From positions 1-63,296 of the IMG/VR virus record IMGVR_UViG_3300001242_000003: DNA of 63,296 nucleotides, one strand, 5' to 3'. The notes below the pieces were generated by a model that worked only from the letters and a program-made list of their open reading frames with translations, ran no database searches and was not told where the DNA came from. Positions 57,446 to 63,296 of the stretch are shown here, in pieces. Position 1 is the stretch's first letter. Each line of letters begins with the position of its first letter. The position numbers and the translations under genes were made by a program. This DNA is from a virus. Lineage: Duplodnaviria > Caudoviricetes.

Positions 57446-57466
57446 TCGGTAAGGCAGGTGTTATAA

Positions 57467-57991
57467 ATGCCTTTTCCTGAAAATATAATTCCTGATACGT
57501 ATCCAACAAGTGTATCAAGTGAATTTACTATTGTTTCCAATGCTTCAAATTTACGTTTTGGTGATAATCCTGCATATACGATTGACGATTTTGTTGCGAT
57601 GTTTACACAATTTGGTCCTGATGCAAATGAGAATTATATTGTTTCTCAAACAATGCTACAACTGTATATAAACCTTGCAAGCGCCAGTATTCAAGAATCA
57701 AGGTTTCATGAGTATTGGCAGCTTTGTATGGGTTTATTTGTAGCACATTTTGCAACGCTTATTCTTGAAGGAATAAAGCAACCGGGAGGAACTTCCGCAA
57801 GCATTATTGAACTTGGCAAAGCTAAAGGTTTGCGTACTTCGAAGTCTGTTGGTCCGATAAGCACAAGTGTTGATTATAGTGCTATTGTTCAAGATTTAGA
57901 TGGTTGGGCTTCTTGGAAACTTACAACTTTCGGTCAGCAATTAGCAACAATATCAAAGCTAGTTGGTAAGGGTGGAATGATGGTATGGTAA
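57467..57991 (+). CDS. Head-tail adaptor (DUF4054-like)
   Basis: LFVAH..., SKSVG..S...D, W..T.FGQ. Confidence 0.8.
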   Translation: MPFPENIIPDTYPTSVSSEFTIVSNASNLRFGDNPAYTIDDFVAMFTQFGPDANENYIVSQTMLQLYINLASASIQESRFHEYWQLCMGLFVAHFATLILEGIKQPGGTSASIIELGKAKGLRTSKSVGPISTSVDYSAIVQDLDGWASWKLTTFGQQLATISKLVGKGGMMVW

Positions 57992-58476
57992 GCGTTACTG
58001 TTACTTCGCCTATTAATAATGTTGAAAAAATGCGTAAGATGGCAGAAAAATTATCTAAGTTGAATGTGTTAGTTGGCATTCCGCAAGAAAAGTCAAGTAG
58101 GCCAAAAGGAAAAATAACAAATGCTGAATTAGCTTATATTCATACACATGGTTCGCCAATTAATCACATTCCGGCAAGGCCAATTATTGAGCCAGCAATA
58201 GAAGATGAAGAGAATAAAGCTATTATTTCTATTGGTTTAAAAGAAGCAGCAAAAGCCGCACTTAACGGTGATGAGCAGACAACAATGTTGGAGTTAAATA
58301 AAGCAGGAATGTCTGCTCAAAATGCTGTTCGTGATTGGTTTACTAATTTTAAAAACAATTGGGCGCCAAATTCTCCGTTAACAATCAGGAGAAAGGGCAG
58401 CGATAGGCCATTAATTGATACTGCTGAATTAAGAAAATCAATAACATATGTAATAAGAAAGAAGGGTCAAAGATGA
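57985..58476 (+). CDS. Neck / tail completion protein
   Basis: VGIP...NA.LA.IH..G...IPARP...PN.P.TI..KGSD.PLIDT. Confidence 0.75.
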   Translation: MVSVTVTSPINNVEKMRKMAEKLSKLNVLVGIPQEKSSRPKGKITNAELAYIHTHGSPINHIPARPIIEPAIEDEENKAIISIGLKEAAKAALNGDEQTTMLELNKAGMSAQNAVRDWFTNFKNNWAPNSPLTIRRKGSDRPLIDTAELRKSITYVIRKKGQR

Positions 58477-58823
58477 TTGATGTTAGTGAAATTATTTATG
58501 ATCCTGACTTTTGCCAGAATTTTATTGCTAAAAGAAAATCAGGCAAATGGGTAGACGGAAGGTATATTGAAGAGTTAACAGAAATTAATTTAACTGGAAT
58601 TATTGTGCCAGCTAGTTCACATGAATTAAAGCAAATACCAGAAGGCGATAGAGTTACAGGCATGATGGCATTTTATGCTGTAAATGAAATTTATACTACA
58701 AATGAAACTGGAACTTCAGATATAATTGTTTGGAAATCAAAAAGTTATAGAATAATGAATGTAACCCCTTATTCCGATTATGGATACTTTTTAGCTTTAG
58801 GCGTTTATATGGAGAGTGTGTAA
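58473..58823 (+). CDS. Head closure protein
   Basis: L..IPEG.R...DII.W....YR motif; position. Confidence 0.7.
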   Translation: MIDVSEIIYDPDFCQNFIAKRKSGKWVDGRYIEELTEINLTGIIVPASSHELKQIPEGDRVTGMMAFYAVNEIYTTNETGTSDIIVWKSKSYRIMNVTPYSDYGYFLALGVYMESV

Positions 58824-58826
58824 ACC

Positions 58827-59360
58827 ATGGCTGATATTATTCTTACTTTAAAGCAAATAGAAAATATTTTTCAAAGTCTTACTTGCAGCTTGACTGGTCT
58901 CAATAATGATTCAGGGGTAAGACTGTCATGGCCAACTAAAGGTTCGCCAGGATGGAGTGTGAACGAAGATGTTGTTTTTATTCAGGTTGTGTTTGGTTCA
59001 GATTCGTATACACAACAAAGAGAAACAGAATATCAGGATGATATAGCTAATGATGTTAAGAAGGTTATTGCATCTTATACCAGAGTTCACAATATAAAGT
59101 GGACTATTTACGGTCCTAATAGTTATGAACATGGCGAATCAATTAAGAATGGAATTTATTTGCCAACTACAAGAGGTATTTTGAGACATAATAATTTAAG
59201 TTTGATTCTTAATGTTGGTGATGTTAAAAGGTTTCCTGAATTGTTTAACGGACAATGGTGGGAAAGGGTTGATTTTGAGGCTAGTTTTAACGAAAAAGTG
59301 GTACGATATTCAACTATACCATATTTAGTTGGTGTAAATATACAAGTTAAAAAGGGGTGA
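58827..59360 (+). CDS. Neck / tail terminator protein
   Basis: YGPNS...PE..NGQWW.R.D. Confidence 0.7.
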   Translation: MADIILTLKQIENIFQSLTCSLTGLNNDSGVRLSWPTKGSPGWSVNEDVVFIQVVFGSDSYTQQRETEYQDDIANDVKKVIASYTRVHNIKWTIYGPNSYEHGESIKNGIYLPTTRGILRHNNLSLILNVGDVKRFPELFNGQWWERVDFEASFNEKVVRYSTIPYLVGVNIQVKKG

Positions 59361-59366
59361 TATAAA

Positions 59367-60476
59367 TTGGCAACTTTGCCTTTAAGTGATATTGTTAATG
59401 TATCTGTGGTAGTATCCCCGATAGCAGCAACCAGGTCTAATTTTAATTTAGGGCTTATTATTGGTACTAGCACTGTAATTAGTGCTAGTGATAGAATAAA
59501 GCTTTATACAAAAGTTGATGATATGGTTATTGATGGATTTACAATTAATAGCTCGGAGTATAAAGCAGCAACTCTTTATTTTTCTCAGGTTCCTAAGCCA
59601 CAGAAGGTTGCTATAGGTCGTTGGGATACAACTGGAGCTGAAACAGCCGTACAAGCTGTAACGCTTTGTAGAGCTAAAAATACAGATTGGTATTCATGTA
59701 TGATATGCGGGGCTGTTAAAGCTGATATTATAGCTGTTTCAGAGTATATTGAGGCGGCATTGCCAAGTAGCACTTATTTTTATACTACTTCGGATGCCGA
59801 TGTAATACCAAAAACTGCTGGAAATATTATGGCAACTTTAAAAGCAAGTAACTACATGCGAACTATCGGTCAATATAGCACTTATGCAGATGCGGTTGCT
59901 TCGATTATGGGGTATGCAATGGGGGCAAATAGTTCTACAGCTAATAGCTCATATACGCTGGCGTATAAAAAAGAAGTAGGAGTAACGTCAGAAGTTTTAT
60001 CGTTAACTGATCTTACTGCTATAAAAAGCCAAAATGGGAATGCTTATGTTAATCGTGGTAATACATACGATATCTTTGAGCAAGGTATTATGGCCAATGG
60101 CCAACATTTTGATGAGGTCCTTGGCCTTGATATGCTTACTAATAGCATTCAAATGGCAGTTATGGATCTTTTGGTTGGTGTTAGGAAAGTTCCGCAAACT
60201 GAAGGCGGAGTAACTTTACTTATAAATGCTATTACGGGTCCGTGTAACGATTCTAAAAATAAAGGATTTATTGCTCCTGGTATTTGGAAAGCTGCTCCTG
60301 TCTTGACTTTGGAAACAGGAGACACATTATCACAAGGCTATTTAATTTTGTCTGAAACAATTGATAGTCAAAGCGAAGCTGATAGGTCAGCTAGAATTGC
60401 CCCGCCAATCTATGTTTGTGTTAAATTGGCTGGCGCCATTGAATTTGTTTTAATTGAAGTCTTAGTAAACAGATAA
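59367..60476 (+). CDS. Tail sheath protein (DUF3383)
   Basis: LPLSDIVNV.V, EYKAA..YF.Q.P.P, KVPQT..G, R..R.APPI...KLAGAI. Confidence 0.88.
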   Translation: MATLPLSDIVNVSVVVSPIAATRSNFNLGLIIGTSTVISASDRIKLYTKVDDMVIDGFTINSSEYKAATLYFSQVPKPQKVAIGRWDTTGAETAVQAVTLCRAKNTDWYSCMICGAVKADIIAVSEYIEAALPSSTYFYTTSDADVIPKTAGNIMATLKASNYMRTIGQYSTYADAVASIMGYAMGANSSTANSSYTLAYKKEVGVTSEVLSLTDLTAIKSQNGNAYVNRGNTYDIFEQGIMANGQHFDEVLGLDMLTNSIQMAVMDLLVGVRKVPQTEGGVTLLINAITGPCNDSKNKGFIAPGIWKAAPVLTLETGDTLSQGYLILSETIDSQSEADRSARIAPPIYVCVKLAGAIEFVLIEVLVNR

Positions 60477-60491
60477 GGAGGTGTATGTTAA

Positions 60492-60926
60492 ATGCCTTAT
60501 AGTGTATATAGTTTTGCAGATGTGTCCATGACTATTTCCCATCCTTCGGTTGGCCAATATATTTCTGAAAGTGGCGAAGGTCTTGGTTCAATAGCAGTAA
60601 GTAGGGCAACAGATAATACTGTGCATGATTTATCAGCTGACGGAGCTGTTATGGTAAGCAAAATAAAAGGTAGAAACGGAACAATAGCTATAACCATACA
60701 GCAAATATCAAACTTAAATAAGTGGTTGTTAAAATGGTTTAACTATCTTGAAACGGCTGCTACTGACCAATGGGCTGATACTAAAGTAGTGATTCGGTCT
60801 CCAGTTATGCAAGATTTAATTACCGCACTTGGAGTATCGCCTCAAAAACCAGCTGAAAAACCATACCAAGCGCAAGGTCAAAATATATCCTGGGCCTTGA
60901 TGGCTGCTGATATTCAACAAGACTAG
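60492..60926 (+). CDS. Tail tube protein
   Basis: YSF.DV...G.G.I...ADG.VM.S...G.NG.I.I..QQ.S. Confidence 0.85.
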   Translation: MPYSVYSFADVSMTISHPSVGQYISESGEGLGSIAVSRATDNTVHDLSADGAVMVSKIKGRNGTIAITIQQISNLNKWLLKWFNYLETAATDQWADTKVVIRSPVMQDLITALGVSPQKPAEKPYQAQGQNISWALMAADIQQD

Positions 60927-60941
60927 GAGGTGGTATAATAA

Positions 60942-61349
60942 ATGACTATAGCTGGTGAAACTGTAAATGTGCAGTTTTTAAACAAAGGTTCTATAATAAG
61001 TGAGCAAAATCCTCTTCCTGTGCGGAATTGTTTTCAAACTCCAGGAGGGCTTTGGGTTTATCAGAAATATGCTGATACCGGGGAGGTGCTTATGCAACTA
61101 ACTGGTAGTACACTTCAGGAAGAAAAAACGCAGGCAAATGCTGTTACAGGTGTAGTAACATTTTCTGCAAATATTTCAACTATTGAAATTTTAAATACAG
61201 ATACAGTTAATACAGGTGTTTTTACTGTTAACGGAATACCTATTACAGTACCTCCTACTGGTATATGGAAAGATGGAGTTGGTGGAACCCCAGGTGCAAC
61301 AGTCACCGTTGCTGGTTCAACCGCTTACATCTTACATAGATTTTCGTAG
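60942..61349 (+). CDS. Hypothetical virion protein with cassette-derived C-terminus
   Basis: Contains the QLTGST junction at ~61095. Confidence 0.6.
   Translation: MTIAGETVNVQFLNKGSIISEQNPLPVRNCFQTPGGLWVYQKYADTGEVLMQLTGSTLQEEKTQANAVTGVVTFSANISTIEILNTDTVNTGVFTVNGIPITVPPTGIWKDGVGGTPGATVTVAGSTAYILHRFS
61093..61112. repeat. Cassette entry site TGCAACTAACTGGTAGTACA
   Basis: Exact 20-bp match to 53166-53185. Confidence 0.8.
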
Positions 61350-61362
61350 GAGGTGGTAGATA

Positions 61363-62574
61363 ATGGGATATAAGCAAATAGGAATAGCAACCAAAACAAT
61401 AGACAGTAGTAAATTAACTACCGCATCCGTCACACCAGATAAAACAGATTTCATCAAAGAAGTTAAAAATTTATTTGACCATACGGATGCAAAAGTACTT
61501 AACCACAGAATTTTAGTAGAAACAGGTGGCACAGACGGTACAGTCTATAGCGACACACGTATGACCACAGGTTATATCCCTGTCAGACCAGGAGATAACT
61601 TAATATGTTCATATTTGAGCACCTCCGGGGTAGTAAGTACAGTTGTTTATTATATCGTAGCAGTTTACGACAAGAATCAAAAACGAATAGTTTTTACGAC
61701 GGTAACCAGTTCAACCTATATTGTACCTGCGAATGCTGAATATGTGCGTTTCTCCTTTAATACTTCTTATTACGCGAGAAAAGCATATGTTCAAGTGGCT
61801 GTCGGAACTGAAATAAGTTTTCCGACAAAATATAAGAAACAAATGGATATATCTCTCTTGGATAAACCATACAAACCTGTTAAGGATACAATAGCTGAGT
61901 TAGTGCAAAATAGTTTATTATTGACTGGCACAAGCACAGTTAACATTAAACTTGTCGGTGATAGTATCACTCATGGGGTAGGCGGTACAGGGTTTTTAGA
62001 GGACGGTAATTTAATTATCTCTGGTTTTAACCGTAACCCTAATGGTTATTGTTGGGCGAAACTTTTTAAAGAATATATGGAAGCAAAATTTAATTGTTTG
62101 GTAACAAATAACGCCTGTCGTGGCACACACTCAGGTTATTTAAGACAATATTGGGATACTCTAGTCAGTCCCACTGATGATATTGTCATATGTATGTATG
62201 GCACTAATGACCGTGGGTCAGGTGCCTACAGTGCATTATTAGAAAATTTACAGCTTTTTCTAGACAGAGTGGATATAGATAATCAAAAAATAATCTTGAT
62301 GAGTAGTATTCAAGCATCTGTAACAAATGATGCAACTTACACCTTTCATATGGAAGATGTTGACAATGCAATAATGTCAATAGCAGCCGCAAACAACGTA
62401 GAATATATTTCTTTATTTAAGTTGTTTAGAGATTATATTGATGCGAGAGGTATTAGTTTTGATACACTCTCTGCTGATGGATTACACCCTAACGATGCGG
62501 GTTATGATATTATGTTTTATCTTATTTTAAATGCTTTGGGACTGGGTAATAAAGTTAGTGGTGCTACTTGGTAA
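61363..62574 (+). CDS. SGNH/GDSL hydrolase-domain protein (cassette gene)
   Basis: GDSITHG, G (RG), GTND, DGLHPN. Confidence 0.88.
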   Translation: MGYKQIGIATKTIDSSKLTTASVTPDKTDFIKEVKNLFDHTDAKVLNHRILVETGGTDGTVYSDTRMTTGYIPVRPGDNLICSYLSTSGVVSTVVYYIVAVYDKNQKRIVFTTVTSSTYIVPANAEYVRFSFNTSYYARKAYVQVAVGTEISFPTKYKKQMDISLLDKPYKPVKDTIAELVQNSLLLTGTSTVNIKLVGDSITHGVGGTGFLEDGNLIISGFNRNPNGYCWAKLFKEYMEAKFNCLVTNNACRGTHSGYLRQYWDTLVSPTDDIVICMYGTNDRGSGAYSALLENLQLFLDRVDIDNQKIILMSSIQASVTNDATYTFHMEDVDNAIMSIAAANNVEYISLFKLFRDYIDARGISFDTLSADGLHPNDAGYDIMFYLILNALGLGNKVSGATW

Positions 62575-62611
62575 GTTAACTAACGAAGGTACGTAATGGA
62601 GGTGAAGTAAT

Positions 62612-62761
62612 TTGTTTCCATCAATTTATAATCAAAAACAAATAGATAAACTAAAACATGGCAATATTAAATTTAAAATTATTTATAAAGGTACTAACAT
62701 AAACGGTGAAAAATTTTATCATATACGTATTGATTCCTTACCGTTTATTGTCATGCATTAG
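62612..62761 (+). CDS. Duplicate of the 49-aa cassette ORF
   Basis: Copy of 1217..1366. Confidence 0.55.
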   Translation: MFPSIYNQKQIDKLKHGNIKFKIIYKGTNINGEKFYHIRIDSLPFIVMH

Positions 62762-62827
62762 GCTGTTACCCAACTAACGAAGGTGCGTTAGTTTTATAAT
62801 ATAATAAGCGAAAGGATATATAAAATA

Positions 62828-63256
62828 ATGAATAAGCGTGTTTTGTTTAAAACATTTGAATTAGATGGCAGAAAGTGGCGTATTGGGAAATTTAATGCGA
62901 TGGTAGGTTCATATATTGCATATAAACTTATGGCCGAAGTAATGCCGTTAGGAATAGCGCAACAAGCAGGCATACCGGTTCCAGCTGGCGGAAAATCAAT
63001 GAGTAAGGCAGATTTTATAGAATTACAAAAAGATTGTTTATCTTGTTGTTATGAATTTCTTCCGGCTGGTCCAGCTCCAGTTATTAATGAAAACGGAACT
63101 TTTGGAGTTGAAGACTTAGAAAACAATGTAAAAGTTGTTATGGCTTTAACGATTCAAGCTTTGATTTTTAATGTTTCAGATTTTTTTACAGAAAACCTCT
63201 TGAGTTCACTAGCCGATTCAATGAAGACTTTAATCCCGCCCGTTGCAAAAATATAA
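62828..63256 (+). CDS. Tail assembly chaperone (duplicate copy)
   Basis: Identical translation to 1433..1861. Confidence 0.8.
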   Translation: MNKRVLFKTFELDGRKWRIGKFNAMVGSYIAYKLMAEVMPLGIAQQAGIPVPAGGKSMSKADFIELQKDCLSCCYEFLPAGPAPVINENGTFGVEDLENNVKVVMALTIQALIFNVSDFFTENLLSSLADSMKTLIPPVAKI

Positions 63257-63296
63257 ATGAGTTTCTTTATGCTCCGGTAATAGCTGGAGTTTGGAA

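Larger units (their letters stand above)
61396..63296. repeat. Terminal direct repeat / assembly overlap (copy 2)
   Basis: Matches 1-1901; contains duplicate sites at 62578-62599 and 62772-62793. Confidence 0.97.

Noticed and set aside
53166-61112. DGR template/variable repeat or shufflon
   Set aside because: No reverse transcriptase or invertase, no long repeat pair with A-specific mismatches, and the sites are in direct orientation.
809-62392. Numerous minus-strand ORFs in the track
   Set aside because: Shadows of well-supported plus-strand genes with no motifs or RBS; only 42461..42703 shows protein signal.
1-63296. tRNA/rRNA genes or alternative genetic code
   Set aside because: No cloverleaf or rRNA-like sequence seen; genes are intact under the standard code with all three stops used.

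Overview
The window is a complete, circularly assembled tailed-phage genome. The unit length is 61,395 bp, because bases 1-1901 recur at 61396-63296. It is a contractile-tailed (myovirus-type) phage of a low-GC Bacillota host, probably a clostridial anaerobe. Essentially all genes are on the + strand, and no integrase, repressor, tRNA or CRISPR array is visible. Modules are tail/baseplate (1.4-13 kb), lysis (13-14 kb), a pilin-like plus VirB4/HerA-like ATPase block (14.2-17.4 kb), replication and nucleotide modification (17.5-29.5 kb), accessory/early genes (29.5-46 kb), and packaging, head and tail (40-61 kb). The main novel signal is an integron-like cassette architecture at two structural-gene loci. 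Each begins at an identical in-frame 20-mer (TGCAACTAACTGGTAGTACA, containing the QLTGST codons) and ends at AACTAACG-N6-CGTTAGT palindromic sites placed right after stop codons, with no recombinase in the genome. The phage also carries a cytosine hypermodification operon (NTP pyrophosphatase, carbamoyltransferase, dCMP-hydroxymethylase/kinase fusion, DnaE). Other points are a -1 frameshift tail chaperone, several probable ATA/ATT starts, an internally inverted HAD gene and a disrupted TIGR02328 gene.
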